Positions 19,829 to 32,506 are shown, numbered from the stretch's first letter. The stretch: DNA of 64,000 nt from Flexilinea sp. (GCA_963653995.1 CAVJZJ010000003.1:40901-104900), one strand, 5' to 3'. The notes: generated by a model from the letters alone, not told the origin. Numbers and translations: made by a program.

Positions 19829-22018
19829 ATGGCAAATTTAAGGTTTGAAGTTGTAGCAGACGCTTTCAAGAAGAAACCTTTGGAAGTGATCACTCCGATC
19901 GAAAGACCGTCGGAGTACTTCGGTAAAAATGTATTCAACCGTGCTAAGATGTACAAGTACCTGCCCCGTGACGTCTATGAGAAACTCATCGACGTAATCG
20001 ACAATGGTACACGCCTCGACCGCTCCATCGCCGATGCAGTGGCAAAGGGTATGAAGCAGTGGGCCGATGAAAATGGTGTAACCCACTACACGCACTGGTT
20101 CCAACCCCTTACCGAAGGTACGGCCGAGAAGCACGATGCCTTCATCGAACATGACGGCAAGGGTGGTATGATTGAAGATTTCTCGGGCAAACTGCTCATG
20201 CAGCAGGAACCGGATGCCAGCTCGTTCCCCAACGGCGGTATTCGCAACACCTTTGAGGCTCGCGGCTACTCTGCATGGGATCCTACATCGCCTGTGTTCA
20301 TTATCGATGACACACTTTGTATTCCTACCATCTTCATCTCGTATACCGGTGAGGCTCTTGACTACAAAGCACCTTTGCTCCGTGCTCTGCACGCTGTCAA
20401 TGTTGCCGCAACTGACGTTTGCCACTATTTCTATCCCGATGTCAAGAAGGTCGTATCCAACCTTGGTTGGGAACAGGAGTATTTCCTCGTCGATGAGGGA
20501 CTCTATTCGGCACGTCCTGACTTGATGCTGACAGGCCGTACACTCATGGGACACGATTCGGCAAAGAACCAGCAGATGGATGACCACTACTTCGGTACTA
20601 TCCCCGAGCGTGTGCAGGCCTTCATGAAGGATCTTGAAATCCAGGCTCTCGAACTTGGCATTCCTTGCAAGACACGTCACAATGAGGTTGCCCCCAATCA
20701 GTTTGAGCTTGCTCCTATCTTCGAGGAAACCAACCTCGCTGTAGACCACAATATGCTCTTGATGTCGCTGATGAAGAAGATTGCACGTCGTCACGGTTTC
20801 CGTGTACTTCTGCACGAAAAGCCCTTCGCAGGCATCAATGGTTCAGGAAAGCACAACAACTGGAGCCTTTCTACCGATACGGGTGTACTGCTCCACGGAC
20901 CTGGCAAGACTCCTGAAGACAACTTGCGCTTCATCGTCTTCATCGTAGAGACACTCATGGGTGTATACAAGCACAATGGTTTGCTCAAAGCCAGCATCAT
21001 GAGCGCAACAAACGCTCATCGTTTGGGCGCTAACGAGGCACCTCCAGCCATCATCTCCTCCTTCCTTGGTCACCAACTTACGGAGATTCTTGAGCATATC
21101 GAGAACTCTGACAAGAACGAATTGTTCAATGTGGCCGGCAAGCAGGGTATGAAACTCGATATCCCCGAGATTCCCGAACTGCTCATCGACAATACAGACC
21201 GCAACCGTACTTCACCCTTCGCATTCACGGGCAACCGTTTCGAGTTCCGTGCAGTAGGTTCTGAGGCCAACTGTGCCAGCGCCATGATTGTGCTCAACAC
21301 TGCTGTGGCTGAGGCTCTGCAAAACTTCAAGAAGCGTGTTGATGCTCTTATTGAGAGTGGTGAGGACAAGATCAGTGCTATTCTTGACGTGGTACGCGAG
21401 GATGCCAAGTTCTGTCGTCCCGTTCACTTCGAAGGCAATGGTTATTCCGACGAATGGGTGGAAGAGGCCAAGAAGCGCGGTCTCGACTGCGAAAAGGCTT
21501 GTCCGAAGATATTCGAGCGTTACCTCGATGAGGCCAGCGTAGAGATGTTCGAGGGCCAGGGCGTGATGAGCCGCAAGGAACTTGAAGCCCGCAATGAGGT
21601 GAAGTGGGAAACCTACACCAAGAAGATTCAGATTGAGGCCCGTGTGTTTGGCGATCTTTCGATGAATCACATTATCCCTGTCTGCACTCACTACCAGAGT
21701 CAGTTGGCCAAGAACGTGCAGAGCATGTACGATATCTTCCCTGCTGAGTCGGCCGATAAACTGACTTCCCGCAACAAGAAGATTATTACTGAGATTGCCG
21801 AGCGTACCCAACTCATAGAGTCGGGTGTCGAGGAACTTGTCAATGCCCGCAAGGTGGCCAACAAGATAGAAGATGAACATCTCAAGGCTATTGCCTACCA
21901 CGACACGGTGGCTCCGAAGATGGAAGAAATCCGCTATCAGATCGACAAACTCGAATTGGTGGTGGCAGACGAACTTTGGACGTTGCCCAAGTATCGTGAA
22001 CTTCTGTTCATCAGATAA
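19829..22018 (+). CDS. glnA: Glutamine synthetase type III
   Basis: 729 aa; HWFQPLT..TAEKHD, EPDASSFP, HNEVAPNQ, DRNRTSPFAFTGNRFEFRAVG. Confidence 0.96.
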   Translation: MANLRFEVVADAFKKKPLEVITPIERPSEYFGKNVFNRAKMYKYLPRDVYEKLIDVIDNGTRLDRSIADAVAKGMKQWADENGVTHYTHWFQPLTEGTAEKHDAFIEHDGKGGMIEDFSGKLLMQQEPDASSFPNGGIRNTFEARGYSAWDPTSPVFIIDDTLCIPTIFISYTGEALDYKAPLLRALHAVNVAATDVCHYFYPDVKKVVSNLGWEQEYFLVDEGLYSARPDLMLTGRTLMGHDSAKNQQMDDHYFGTIPERVQAFMKDLEIQALELGIPCKTRHNEVAPNQFELAPIFEETNLAVDHNMLLMSLMKKIARRHGFRVLLHEKPFAGINGSGKHNNWSLSTDTGVLLHGPGKTPEDNLRFIVFIVETLMGVYKHNGLLKASIMSATNAHRLGANEAPPAIISSFLGHQLTEILEHIENSDKNELFNVAGKQGMKLDIPEIPELLIDNTDRNRTSPFAFTGNRFEFRAVGSEANCASAMIVLNTAVAEALQNFKKRVDALIESGEDKISAILDVVREDAKFCRPVHFEGNGYSDEWVEEAKKRGLDCEKACPKIFERYLDEASVEMFEGQGVMSRKELEARNEVKWETYTKKIQIEARVFGDLSMNHIIPVCTHYQSQLAKNVQSMYDIFPAESADKLTSRNKKIITEIAERTQLIESGVEELVNARKVANKIEDEHLKAIAYHDTVAPKMEEIRYQIDKLELVVADELWTLPKYRELLFIR

Positions 22019-22131
22019 TATCGGCTTTGGCCAATTAGAAAAATATTCGAAATGAAATCTTGCTCCCGTCATAATGGGGGTAAGATTTCAAAAAGAGATA
22101 AAATTTCTTTTATTGGTTGTTTAAGTTTGCG

Positions 22132-22167
22132 GTGGTGCGTGATTGTGAAATTACACACCACTTTTTT
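22132..22167 (+). terminator. Intrinsic terminator after GSIII
   Basis: GTGGTGCGTGATT-GTGA-AATTACACACCAC followed by T6. Confidence 0.75.
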
Positions 22168-22320
22168 GTTGTCTTTTGGGTATGGGAAACCATAATAGCG
22201 AATGATACAAATGGGACGAGGAAAAACAACTGCCGTTGACGGTGTTGTCTTTCCTCGTTCCTATTATTGTCTTTTTCCGCAGTCGCGGATGTGGTTGTGA
22301 AGAAGTCTTTGTAGAAAGGG

Positions 22321-23193
22321 TTATCCCAAATATTTCATGAGGATTTTGGCATTGCCGCTATCGCGCAACTTGGCGATGCTCTTCTCTCTGATTTGGCGTA
22401 CACGCTCACGTGTCAATCCCAATTGGTCGCCTATTTCCTCAAGTCCCTTCTCATGGCAACCTATTCCGAAGCACTCGCGGATAATGGTGATTTCGCGCTC
22501 CTTGAGAACTTTGCTGAGTACGGAGTTCAACTCCTGTGCCATTGATTCGTGGTCTACGTGACGGTCTGTGCGGGTGTCATCACCGCCCGACATCACATCG
22601 AGCATACAATTGTCTTCGCCGTCTTGGAACGGAGCGTCGATGCTGACGTGATGGCCATCGGCCATGAGACTCTGCCCGATTTTCTCCTCGTCGATGTTGG
22701 TCTTTTCGGCCAACTCAGATACAGAAGGATGACGCTGGTTTTCTTGCTCAAATTTGTTGATTTCGTGGTTGATCTTGTTGAGCGAACCTACCTGATTGAG
22801 CGGGAGACGCACGATACGGCTCTGCTCGGCAATAGCCTGAAGAATGCTTTGGCGAATCCACCATACAGCATAGGAAATGAATTTGAAACCGCGGGTCTCG
22901 TCAAATTTCTGTGCAGCCTTTATCAAGCCGATGTTGCCCTCGTCTATGAGGTCGGTCAAGGTGAGACCCTGGTGTTGGTATTGTTTGGCCACGGATACGA
23001 CGAATCGCAGATTGGCAGTCACAAGTTTGTCCTTTGCTCGGTCACCTTCCGGTCCGCCTTTCTTGATCTTTTGCGCAAGTTCTATTTCCTCGTCAATGCT
23101 AATCAAGGGGGCGCGTCCTATTTCGACAAGATACTTGTCAAGGGCTTCGCTCGAACGGTTTGTGATACTTTTCTGAATTTTAAGTTGTCTCAT
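22321..23193 (-). CDS. rpoD: Primary sigma-70 factor (Bacteroidetes type, lacking region 1.1)
   Basis: MRQLKI, ANLRFVVSVAKQY, GFKFISYAVWWIRQSI, LTRERVRQI. Confidence 0.93.
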   Translation of the reverse strand: MRQLKIQKSITNRSSEALDKYLVEIGRAPLISIDEEIELAQKIKKGGPEGDRAKDKLVTANLRFVVSVAKQYQHQGLTLTDLIDEGNIGLIKAAQKFDETRGFKFISYAVWWIRQSILQAIAEQSRIVRLPLNQVGSLNKINHEINKFEQENQRHPSVSELAEKTNIDEEKIGQSLMADGHHVSIDAPFQDGEDNCMLDVMSGGDDTRTDRHVDHESMAQELNSVLSKVLKEREITIIRECFGIGCHEKGLEEIGDQLGLTRERVRQIREKSIAKLRDSGNAKILMKYLG

Positions 23194-23566
23194 CTTGTTA
23201 CCTTATATTTTCTTTCCGAATATAATTTAGTCGTATTTGGAATATCTCGCTAAATCCTTGCAAAGTTACGGGTATTTTCTTAATTTATTGTGTCTGTATA
23301 TTGTTATTTATATTCCTATAGTTTATTTTATGTTTTGTTATGGATTTACGCTGTCGATTTGTCGGTTTTATTTCCGTAGAGAGGAGGTGTTTCGATTTTA
23401 GGGGTGCGTGTTGCGAGTATAGGGCAATCAGCGTTTTATGTCTGTCAATGCGTCGGAAATGACCTTTTTGTTGATTTCATTCGTTTGTTTCGGTGTTTTT
23501 AAGTATTTTTGCACACTGATTTTATCCATATAAGTACAATCATAAAGAAAAGACCCAATATAGAAA

Positions 23567-25048
23567 ATGGCAAAAGAATTAAAGGAATTGACCAAACGTT
23601 CTGACAATTACAGTCAGTGGTACAACGACTTAGTCGTCAAGGCTAATCTGGCGGAGCAGTCGGCCGTGCGTGGATGCATGGTCATCAAGCCCTACGGATA
23701 TGCCATCTGGGAGAAAATGCAACAGCAACTTGACGCCATGTTCAAGGAGACAGGCGTACAGAATGCCTATTTTCCTTTGCTTATTCCCAAATCTTTCTTC
23801 AGTCGCGAGGCTGAACATGTGGCCGGATTTGCAAAAGAGTGTGCTGTGGTGACCCACTATCGTCTCCGTTCTTCTGAAGACGGTACCGACGTAGAGGTAG
23901 ATCCGAACGCCAAACTGGAGGAAGAACTCATCATACGTCCTACTTCAGAGACCATCATTTGGAATACATACAAAAACTGGATACATTCTTGGCGTGATCT
24001 CCCACTCATGTGCAATCAGTGGTGCAACGTGATGCGTTGGGAGATGCGTACCCGTCCTTTCCTCCGTACATCGGAATTTCTGTGGCAGGAAGGACACACG
24101 GCTCACGCTACCCGTGAAGAAGCCGAGGCCGAAGCACAGAAGATGCTCCATGTCTATGGCGACTTTGTGGAGAAATGGATGGCCGTTCCTGTTATCCGCG
24201 GCGTGAAGAGCGAGACCGAACGTTTTGCCGGCGCTCTTGACACTTATACCATTGAGGCGATGATGCAGGATGGAAAGGCACTGCAGAGCGGTACCAGTCA
24301 CTTCCTCGGACAGAATTTTGCCAAGTCGTTCGACGTCACCTTCCTCAACAAGGAGAACAAACCCGAATACGTGTGGGCTACCTCATGGGGTGTTTCCACC
24401 CGCCTTATCGGTGCATTGATCATGACTCACTCCGACGACAACGGTCTCGTACTTCCCCCGAAACTCGCCCCCATACAGGTGGTCATCATTCCTATTACCA
24501 AGGGAGCGGATGGCCTCAAGGCCATCACCGAAAAACTCACTCCCGTCATCGAACAGTTGCGTAGCCTCGGCATCAGCGTGAAGTATGACGATGCGGAGAA
24601 CAAGCGTCCCGGATTCAAGTTTGCCGACTACGAACTCAAGGGTGTACCCGTGCGTCTTGTCATGGGTGGCCGTGACCTTGAAAACGGTACCGTCGAACTC
24701 ATGCGTCGTGACACGCTTGAGAAAGAAACCCTTCCTCTTGAAGGCATTGCCGAGCATGTCAAGCACTTGCTCGACGAGATACAGGACAACCTCTTCAAGA
24801 AAGCCTGCCAGTTCCGCGACTCCCGCGTCTATGAGTGCGACAACTATGAGGAGTTTAAGACACGTGTCAAAGACGGTGGCTTCTTCCTTTGCCATTGGGA
24901 CGGTACCGCTGAGACCGAGGCCAAAATCAAGGAGGAGACGCAGGCTACGATACGCTGCGTGCCCTACGGATACGAACAGACCCCGGGTGTCGATATGGTA
25001 TCGGGCAAACCTGCCACCAAGCGCGTGATTATTGCCAGAAGTTACTAA
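23567..25048 (+). CDS. proS: Prolyl-tRNA synthetase (archaeal/eukaryotic type)
   Basis: [36 protein letters not shown]-terminal ARSY. Confidence 0.97.
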   Translation: MAKELKELTKRSDNYSQWYNDLVVKANLAEQSAVRGCMVIKPYGYAIWEKMQQQLDAMFKETGVQNAYFPLLIPKSFFSREAEHVAGFAKECAVVTHYRLRSSEDGTDVEVDPNAKLEEELIIRPTSETIIWNTYKNWIHSWRDLPLMCNQWCNVMRWEMRTRPFLRTSEFLWQEGHTAHATREEAEAEAQKMLHVYGDFVEKWMAVPVIRGVKSETERFAGALDTYTIEAMMQDGKALQSGTSHFLGQNFAKSFDVTFLNKENKPEYVWATSWGVSTRLIGALIMTHSDDNGLVLPPKLAPIQVVIIPITKGADGLKAITEKLTPVIEQLRSLGISVKYDDAENKRPGFKFADYELKGVPVRLVMGGRDLENGTVELMRRDTLEKETLPLEGIAEHVKHLLDEIQDNLFKKACQFRDSRVYECDNYEEFKTRVKDGGFFLCHWDGTAETEAKIKEETQATIRCVPYGYEQTPGVDMVSGKPATKRVIIARSY

Positions 25049-25178
25049 CCACAGATAGAAAACATCGTAACATCAGATATTGGGAGCCCCACAAGTCTGT
25101 GTCGCTCCCAATTTTTCTTGTTGGGTCGTTGACCTGACATAAGATTGTCTCGAACAAATATCAAAATCTTATATTATT

Positions 25179-26876
25179 ATGGAATGGGAATGGTTTATTA
25201 AACTGTTTACTACCACCGATTCGGTAGCCCATATCGCTCTGCTCTATGCCATCGTCATTGCCGTAGGTGTGATGCTCGGAAAGATAAAGTTTGGCGGTAT
25301 CTCCCTCGGTGTGTCCTTTGTTTTGTTTGCCGGCATTTTGGCCGGTCATATCGGCTTCACCGCTCCGGTGGACATTCTCGGTTTCTTGCAGGACTTCGGT
25401 CTGATACTGTTTGTGTTCTGTATCGGACTTCAGGTCGGACCAGGCTTCTTTGAGAGTTTCAAGAAGGGTGGTGTCACGCTCAACCTGATGTCCGTGAGTG
25501 CCGTACTGCTCAACATCGCCGTGATGTTCGCTTGCTACTATCTTTTCTTCGACACGTCAAACCCCAATAATCTTCCGATGATGGTTGGTACCCTTTGCGG
25601 CGCAGTTACCAACACGCCTGGACTTGGAGCTGCCAACGAGGCACTTGAGTCTGTGCGCCATGGAGCAGTGCCGGCTATTGCATCGGGTTATGCCTGTGCT
25701 TACCCTCTCGGCGTACTGGGTATCATCGGTGCAACCATCGCCATACGTTATATCACCCGTGTGAAACTAGCTGACGAGGAAAAGCAATTGGAAGAGGAAG
25801 AGGCTGAAAATCCTCATGCCAAGCCCCATCAGATGCACCTACGTGTGAGCAACTCTTTCTTGGCTGGCCGTACTATGGGTCAGGTTGCCGAGTTCCTCAA
25901 CCGTGACATCGTCTGTTCACGTCTGCAACACGATGGTACGAGCGTCATCCCCAATAGCAAGACCGTTCTTGAGATGGGCGATGATGTACTCATCGTTTGT
26001 GCAGAGGCTGATGCTGAAGCCATCCAGGCCTTCATTGGTCCGGAAATAGACTCTCCTTGGTCGGAAGAGGATGAGAAGAAGCCCCTTATCTCTCGTCGTA
26101 TCGTCATCACCAAACCGTCGATGAACGGTAAAACACTTGGTAAGATGCACTTCTCCAGTGTCTACGGTGTGACCGTCACCCGTGTTTCGCGTCAAGGTAT
26201 GGACGTGTTCGCCAGCCGCAACTATCACTTCCAGGTGGGTGACAAACTGCTTGTTGTCGGACCTGAGGACAATGTCAACCGTGTGGCTGAGATGATGGGT
26301 AATACTGCCCGCCACCTCAACGTGCCCAATATCGCCACCATCTTTATTGGTATCATTGTCGGTATCATCTTCGGAAGTATGCCTATCGCCATCCCCGGAA
26401 TGCCAGTTCCTCTGAAACTCGGTATTGCTGGCGGACCACTGATTATCGCCATCCTTATCGGACGTTTCGGTTACAAGATCAAACTTGTGACCTATACCAC
26501 CACCTCGGCCAATATGATGTTGCGTGAGATAGGTCTTGTATTGTTCCTTGCAAGCGTCGGTATCAAGGCAGGAACCGGATTTTGGGATACCGTGGTGCAA
26601 GGCGATGGACTGAAATATGTGTACACCGGTTTCTTTATCACCATCATTCCGATACTTATTGTCGGCACGATAGCCCGTATGAAGTTCCATATCAATTATT
26701 TCACCCTTATGGGTATGTTCGCAGGAACGTACACCGACCCGCCCGCACTGGCTTACGCCAACTCAACTTGCTCGCGTGAGGCTCCTGCCGTCGGTTATTC
26801 TACGGTATATCCGTTGAGTATGTTCCTCCGTATCTTTACAGCCCAAATCATTATCCTCTTCTGCTGCGCTGCGTAA
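25179..26876 (+). CDS. AspT/YidE/YbjL-family transporter with TrkA-C domains
   Basis: [44 protein letters not shown]. Confidence 0.9.
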   Translation: MEWEWFIKLFTTTDSVAHIALLYAIVIAVGVMLGKIKFGGISLGVSFVLFAGILAGHIGFTAPVDILGFLQDFGLILFVFCIGLQVGPGFFESFKKGGVTLNLMSVSAVLLNIAVMFACYYLFFDTSNPNNLPMMVGTLCGAVTNTPGLGAANEALESVRHGAVPAIASGYACAYPLGVLGIIGATIAIRYITRVKLADEEKQLEEEEAENPHAKPHQMHLRVSNSFLAGRTMGQVAEFLNRDIVCSRLQHDGTSVIPNSKTVLEMGDDVLIVCAEADAEAIQAFIGPEIDSPWSEEDEKKPLISRRIVITKPSMNGKTLGKMHFSSVYGVTVTRVSRQGMDVFASRNYHFQVGDKLLVVGPEDNVNRVAEMMGNTARHLNVPNIATIFIGIIVGIIFGSMPIAIPGMPVPLKLGIAGGPLIIAILIGRFGYKIKLVTYTTTSANMMLREIGLVLFLASVGIKAGTGFWDTVVQGDGLKYVYTGFFITIIPILIVGTIARMKFHINYFTLMGMFAGTYTDPPALAYANSTCSREAPAVGYSTVYPLSMFLRIFTAQIIILFCCAA

Positions 26877-27024
26877 GAGGTGAATTCTAATGAAATAGAT
26901 ATAATATAATAGTGTGGGGAACATTGGTCGCATGGCCGTGTTCCCCATACTTGTATTATAGGGATGGACAATAAGGTGATTACTTTTTGCGTTTAAAAAA
27001 ATACAGAACAGAAACATAGCAATC

Positions 27025-29001
27025 ATGTCAAAGGAAAATATCGTGTCCCGAGAGGATACTTTTGAATACGGTGGAGAACGCTTCGCCGACATACAGATGT
27101 TACGTTACCGTTTGAACGGATTTGACAGTCTGACACTCAATCAGAAGAAATATATCTATTGTCTGTCGCAAGCAGCCTTGTGTGGGCGCGACATTACCAC
27201 CGACCAGTTCGGGCGTTACAATCTCCTTGTGCGTAAGACACTGGAGACTGTCTATTCGCATTATACTGGCGACAAGACCGATGGCGACTACCTGCACATG
27301 GTAGAGTACCTCAAGCGAGTGTGGTTCTCCAATGGTATCTATCATCACTATGGGTGTGAAAAATTCACGCCAGAGTTTAGTGAGAATTTTCTTGTCGGTC
27401 AGTTGAAGCAAGTTCCAGTCGACCATTTGCCCTTTTCTTCCCAGTGTCCCAATCTTGATGCCTTGTGCGCCTTGCTCCATAGTGTCATCTTTGATTCGAC
27501 TTTTGAACCCAAACGTGTCAACAAGCGTGCAGGTGACGACCTTGTCGTAACCTCCGCATGCAACTACTATGACGGTGTCAGTCAGCAGGAGGCCGAAGAC
27601 TATTATGCGGCCCTGCATGAAAATGACGGTGATACACCTCCATCGTGGGGACTCAATACCCGACTTGTGCGTCATGGCGATACCCTTTCAGAAGAGCAAT
27701 GGACAACCGATTCTGCCTACGGGCCAGCCATCCGACAAATAGTCTTTTGGCTTGGCAAGGCAGCCGATGTTGCGGAGAACGACCGACAACGTCAGATTCT
27801 TTCTTTGTTGTGCGATTATTATCGCACGGGTGACCTTCGTCTCTTCGACGAGTTCTCTATCGAGTGGCTCAAGGAACAGTATGGTCGTGTGGATTTCATC
27901 AATGGATTTATAGAGGTTTATGGCGATCCGTTGGGATTGAAAGGTTCTTGGGAAGGTTTCGTATCCTATAAAGATATGGTGGCTACACGTCGTACCCGCA
28001 CCATCAGCGACAATGCCCAGTGGTTTGAAGACCATTCGCCTGTAGACCCGCGCTTCCGCAAACCCAAAGTTAAGGGCGTGACTGCCAATGTGGTTTGTGC
28101 CGCTATGCTTGGTGGTGACGAATATCCGTCGTCGGCCATAGGTATCAACCTGCCCAACGCCGACTGGATACGCGCCCAATTTGGTTCGAAGAGCGTCACA
28201 ATAGGCAATCTGACTGAGGCCTACGACAAGGCCGCTTCAGGCAACGGTTTCCGTGCCGAGTTTATCATCGATGATGCAACCCGAGCCCTTGTCGACCAAT
28301 ATGGCAACCTTTGCGACGACCTCCATACCGATCTTCATGAGTGTCTTGGCCACGGTAGTGGACAGACCCTGCCCGGTGTGAGTGCCGACGCACTGAAAGC
28401 CTATGGCAATACCATCGAAGAGGCGCGTGCCGATCTGTTCGGTCTTTACTATTTGGGAGATGACAAAATGGTGGAATTGGGACTTGTTCCTTCCCCCAAA
28501 GCCCATCATGCTCAGTATTATACCTATATGATGAACGGTCTGATGACGCAACTCACCCGCATAAAGCCTGGAGACGTAATCGAAGAGGCCCACATGCGCA
28601 ACCGTGCGCTCATTGCCCATTGGGTGATGGAGCATGCCGCTGATGCCGTACAGTTGGTCAAGCGCGACGGCAAAACCTATGTACAAGTTACAGACTATGT
28701 AGCCCTGCGCGGTGCATTCGCTCAGTTGTTGGCCGAAATACAGCGTATCAAGAGCGAAGGCGATTTTGCTGCAGCAAAAGCCATCGTCGAACGCTATGCT
28801 GTACAGATAGACCCCGAACTTCATAGCGAGGTGCTTGAGCGCTATGCTCAATTGCACATCGCGCCCTATAAGGGTTTTATCAATCCCGTACTTACGCCAG
28901 TGTTGGCGGCCGACGGTACGGTCACGGATATCAGTGTCGACTATACCGAGAGTTACACGCACCAGATGTTGCGCTACTCCTCTGAATACGGATTTTTATA
29001 A
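27025..29001 (+). CDS. Dipeptidyl peptidase III (M49)
   Basis: HECLGH and EEARAD zinc motifs, GINLPN. Confidence 0.93.
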   Translation: MSKENIVSREDTFEYGGERFADIQMLRYRLNGFDSLTLNQKKYIYCLSQAALCGRDITTDQFGRYNLLVRKTLETVYSHYTGDKTDGDYLHMVEYLKRVWFSNGIYHHYGCEKFTPEFSENFLVGQLKQVPVDHLPFSSQCPNLDALCALLHSVIFDSTFEPKRVNKRAGDDLVVTSACNYYDGVSQQEAEDYYAALHENDGDTPPSWGLNTRLVRHGDTLSEEQWTTDSAYGPAIRQIVFWLGKAADVAENDRQRQILSLLCDYYRTGDLRLFDEFSIEWLKEQYGRVDFINGFIEVYGDPLGLKGSWEGFVSYKDMVATRRTRTISDNAQWFEDHSPVDPRFRKPKVKGVTANVVCAAMLGGDEYPSSAIGINLPNADWIRAQFGSKSVTIGNLTEAYDKAASGNGFRAEFIIDDATRALVDQYGNLCDDLHTDLHECLGHGSGQTLPGVSADALKAYGNTIEEARADLFGLYYLGDDKMVELGLVPSPKAHHAQYYTYMMNGLMTQLTRIKPGDVIEEAHMRNRALIAHWVMEHAADAVQLVKRDGKTYVQVTDYVALRGAFAQLLAEIQRIKSEGDFAAAKAIVERYAVQIDPELHSEVLERYAQLHIAPYKGFINPVLTPVLAADGTVTDISVDYTESYTHQMLRYSSEYGFL

Positions 29002-29043
29002 GGAGGTCTGTCTTCTGTTCTTTTCAATACATGCAAAGGCACT

Positions 29044-29667
29044 ATGAATAAAGATAATCTATCAGAGCGTCTCAAACAGATCAAACGCTCTTTCCGACTC
29101 TATATGAATGGCGAGACCTCACGCTCGATGCGTGAGAAAGGCATTGAGTATAAACTCAACTGGGGCGTTCCCGTCACCCGACTCCGTACCATGGCCACCG
29201 AGTATGGAAAGGACCATGACTTGGCTATGGCCCTATGGCAGGAGAATGTGCGCGAATGCAAACTCTTGGCTACTCTCATTATGCCTGCAGACGAGATGAC
29301 ACCGGCTGATGTTGAGGCATGGATTCCCGGTATCACCTCACTGGAATTGGCCGAGCAGTGTGCCCTGAATCTCTTTCAGTCGCTTCCCTTCGCGTCCGAA
29401 CTTGCTTACGCTTGGCTTTCTTCCGACAACGATATGTTGGCCGTCTGCGCCTACCATCTGCTGAGCCGACTCTTTTTGCACGGCCATACGCCTTCTGTAC
29501 CCCAATGTGCCGTGTTGCTCAATCACGTCCCAATGGCGTTGCAAAGCGAGACTTACGGTCTGCGTAGAGCAGCCTACAATTGTCTCCTGCATTTTTCTGA
29601 ACAAGGCGAGACACAGGAACAAATGGTGCGTGAGAAACTGGAAATGCTAAATTTGGATATTTTTTGA
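29044..29667 (+). CDS. DNA alkylation repair (AlkD-like HEAT-repeat) protein
   Basis: WGVPVTRLR, LAMALWQENVRECKLLA; predicted helical. Confidence 0.75.
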   Translation: MNKDNLSERLKQIKRSFRLYMNGETSRSMREKGIEYKLNWGVPVTRLRTMATEYGKDHDLAMALWQENVRECKLLATLIMPADEMTPADVEAWIPGITSLELAEQCALNLFQSLPFASELAYAWLSSDNDMLAVCAYHLLSRLFLHGHTPSVPQCAVLLNHVPMALQSETYGLRRAAYNCLLHFSEQGETQEQMVREKLEMLNLDIF

Positions 29668-29822
29668 CCGTCCGTCCCGACTATTTGCATAAAAAGGCGT
29701 ATCTTTGTGCGGCCGCAATGTGCGGCAGAATATGAATCAACCATTTCTTCAAACCCGGCAGTACGTATCCAAGTCATGCTTGGGCGTGTCGTGGCGAGAA
29801 ATAAGAACTATATAACGACAAC

Positions 29823-31097
29823 ATGAACACAGGTAAAGTAGATGTCCTGCTCGGTTTGCAGTGGGGCGATGAAGGCAAGGGCAAGGTAGTCGATGTGTTG
29901 ACACCTGGTTATGACGTGATAGCCCGTTTCCAAGGTGGCCCCAATGCCGGACACACTTTGGAGTTCGAAGGACAGAAATATGTACTCCGTAGCATCCCCT
30001 CAGGTATATTTCAGGGAGGAAAGGTGAATATCATCGGCAACGGTGTTGTGCTTGCTCCCGACCTCTTTATGGCTGAGGCCAAAGACCTTGAGAAAAGTGG
30101 ACACGATCTCAAGGAGCGTCTCCATATCTCCAAGAAAGCCCATCTCATCATGCCTACCCACCGTGTGCTCGACCGTGCCCTTGAAGCAGCCAAAGGCAAG
30201 AGCAAGGTAGGTACTACCGGTAAGGGCATAGGCCCGACCTATACCGATAAGGTGTCGCGCAACGGTTTGCGCGTGGGCGATATTTTCGAAAATTTCGAAG
30301 AGAAGTACGCCGCACACAAGGCCCGCCATGAGGCCATGCTCCAATCACTCGGTTTCACAGATTACGACATCACCGAAGACGAGAAATTGTGGATGGAGGG
30401 TATCGAGTATATGCGTCAGTTCCATATTGTCGACAGTGAGCACGAGATCAACAACCTGTTGCGTTCCGGCAAATCCATCCTTTGCGAGGGTGCCCAGGGT
30501 ACGATGCTCGATGTAGATTTCGGCAGTTATCCGTTTGTCACATCCTCCAATACCATCTGTGCAGGTGCTTGTGTCGGACTGGGTATCGGTCCCAACAAAA
30601 TCGGCCATGTGTATGGTATCATGAAAGCCTACTGCACGAGAGTAGGTTCCGGACCGTTCCCCACCGAACTGTTCGACGAAACCGGAGCCGAGATACGTCG
30701 TCTTGGACATGAGTTTGGTGCTGTCACCGGTCGTGAGCGTCGTTGCGGATGGATTGACCTTGTCGCCCTGCGCTATGCTATTATGGTCAACGGTGTGACC
30801 GAACTGATCATGATGAAGAGCGATGTGCTTGACAGTTTCGATACCATCAAGGCTTGTGTCGCTTACAAACAGCACGGAGAGGAAATCGACTATTTCCCCT
30901 ACGATATCAATGAGGGTATCGAGCCCGTCTATGTAGAAATGCCCGGTTGGAAGACCGACATGACACAGTTCACCAGTGAGGAGCAGTTCCCCAAGGCATT
31001 CAGCGACTATATCGCTTTCCTTGAGAAAGAACTTGAGACTCCCATCAAGATTATTTCCATCGGTCCCGACCGCGACCAGACCATCGTAAGAAAGTAA
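29823..31097 (+). CDS. purA: Adenylosuccinate synthetase
   Basis: [33 protein letters not shown]. Confidence 0.97.
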   Translation: MNTGKVDVLLGLQWGDEGKGKVVDVLTPGYDVIARFQGGPNAGHTLEFEGQKYVLRSIPSGIFQGGKVNIIGNGVVLAPDLFMAEAKDLEKSGHDLKERLHISKKAHLIMPTHRVLDRALEAAKGKSKVGTTGKGIGPTYTDKVSRNGLRVGDIFENFEEKYAAHKARHEAMLQSLGFTDYDITEDEKLWMEGIEYMRQFHIVDSEHEINNLLRSGKSILCEGAQGTMLDVDFGSYPFVTSSNTICAGACVGLGIGPNKIGHVYGIMKAYCTRVGSGPFPTELFDETGAEIRRLGHEFGAVTGRERRCGWIDLVALRYAIMVNGVTELIMMKSDVLDSFDTIKACVAYKQHGEEIDYFPYDINEGIEPVYVEMPGWKTDMTQFTSEEQFPKAFSDYIAFLEKELETPIKIISIGPDRDQTIVRK

Positions 31098-31099
31098 AG

Positions 31100-32458
31100 A
31101 TGAACAAACCAAGTATACCCAAGGGCATGCGCGACTTCTCTCCAGTGGAGATGGCCAAGCGCAACTATATATTCGATACCATCAAGGAAGTCTACGCCCT
31201 TTACGGCTTCCAGCAGATTGAGACCCCTGCGATGGAAACTCTCCAAACCCTGATGGGCAAGTACGGAGAGGAAGGCGACAAACTGCTTTTCAAGGTACTC
31301 AATTCCGGCGACTATATCAGCAAGGTCAGCGATGCGGAACTTTCCGAGCGCAACTCACTGCATCTCGCTACGAAAATCTCTGAGAAAGGTCTGCGCTACG
31401 ACCTTACCGTGCCTTTCGCACGCTACGTCGTGATGCACCGCGAAGAACTACAACTGCCGTTCAAACGCTATCAGATACAACCCGTATGGCGGGCTGACCG
31501 CCCGCAAAAAGGCCGCTACCGCGAGTTCTATCAGTGCGATGCCGACGTTGTCGGTTCCGACTCTCTGCTCAATGAGGTCGAACTCATGCAGATTGTCGAC
31601 ACTGTGTTCTCCCGTCTTGGCGTGCGGGTAGCTATCAAGATCAACAACCGCAAGATACTTACCGGCATAGCCGAGGTCATCGGTGAGGCCGACAAGATAG
31701 TCGATATCACCGTAGCCATCGACAAACTCGACAAGATTGGTATCGACAAGGTGAACGATGAACTGCGTGCCGATGGCATCTCCGATGAGGCCATCTCCAA
31801 ACTGCAGCCTATCATTGCGCTAAGCGGAACCAACGAGGAGAAACTCGATGTCATCAGCAGCGTACTCTCCTCGTCGGAGACCGGACTTAAAGGTGTAGAG
31901 GAAACCCGCTTTATACTCAATGCACTCAAGTCCTGCGGACTCCACAATGTCATCGAACTCGACTTGACATTGGCCCGCGGTCTCAACTATTACACGGGTG
32001 CCATCTTTGAGGTGAAGGCACTCGACTATGCTATCGGTAGCATCACCGGTGGTGGTCGCTACGACAATCTGACGGGCATCTTCGGTATGCCAGGACTGAG
32101 TGGCGTAGGCATCTCCTTCGGTGCCGACCGTATCTACGACGTGCTCAATGGTCTTGACCTCTATCCCAAGGAGGCAGTCAATGGTACACGCCTCCTCTTC
32201 ATCAACTTCGGTGAGAAGGAGACGGCCTATTGCCTTCCTGTTGTCGGACGTTGTCGGGCACAGGGTATTGCTACGGAGATGTATCCCGACAGCGTGAAGA
32301 TGAAGAAACAGATGAGTTACGCCAATGCCAAGAATATCCCGTTTGTGGCTCTAGCCGGTGAAACGGAGATAGCCCAAGGCAAACTGACGGTCAAGAATAT
32401 GGCCACGGGTGAGCAGTCGCTTGTCACCCCCGATGAACTGCTGGCCATCGTGCAGTAA
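31100..32458 (+). CDS. hisS: Histidyl-tRNA synthetase
   Basis: [39 protein letters not shown]. Confidence 0.97.
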   Translation: MNKPSIPKGMRDFSPVEMAKRNYIFDTIKEVYALYGFQQIETPAMETLQTLMGKYGEEGDKLLFKVLNSGDYISKVSDAELSERNSLHLATKISEKGLRYDLTVPFARYVVMHREELQLPFKRYQIQPVWRADRPQKGRYREFYQCDADVVGSDSLLNEVELMQIVDTVFSRLGVRVAIKINNRKILTGIAEVIGEADKIVDITVAIDKLDKIGIDKVNDELRADGISDEAISKLQPIIALSGTNEEKLDVISSVLSSSETGLKGVEETRFILNALKSCGLHNVIELDLTLARGLNYYTGAIFEVKALDYAIGSITGGGRYDNLTGIFGMPGLSGVGISFGADRIYDVLNGLDLYPKEAVNGTRLLFINFGEKETAYCLPVVGRCRAQGIATEMYPDSVKMKKQMSYANAKNIPFVALAGETEIAQGKLTVKNMATGEQSLVTPDELLAIVQ

Positions 32459-32506
32459 CGGCATACTTCACCGTTTGACACAATTCAATTTTTATCCATA
32501 CTGTTC

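Noticed and set aside
15632..22018. amtB-glnK / dapF-dapL-GSIII cluster as a novel system
   Set aside because: All are well-known families, and the grouping is, from recall, common in Bacteroidales.
27025..29001. HECLGH instead of HELLGH in DPP III
   Set aside because: Known variant of Bacteroidales M49 peptidases.
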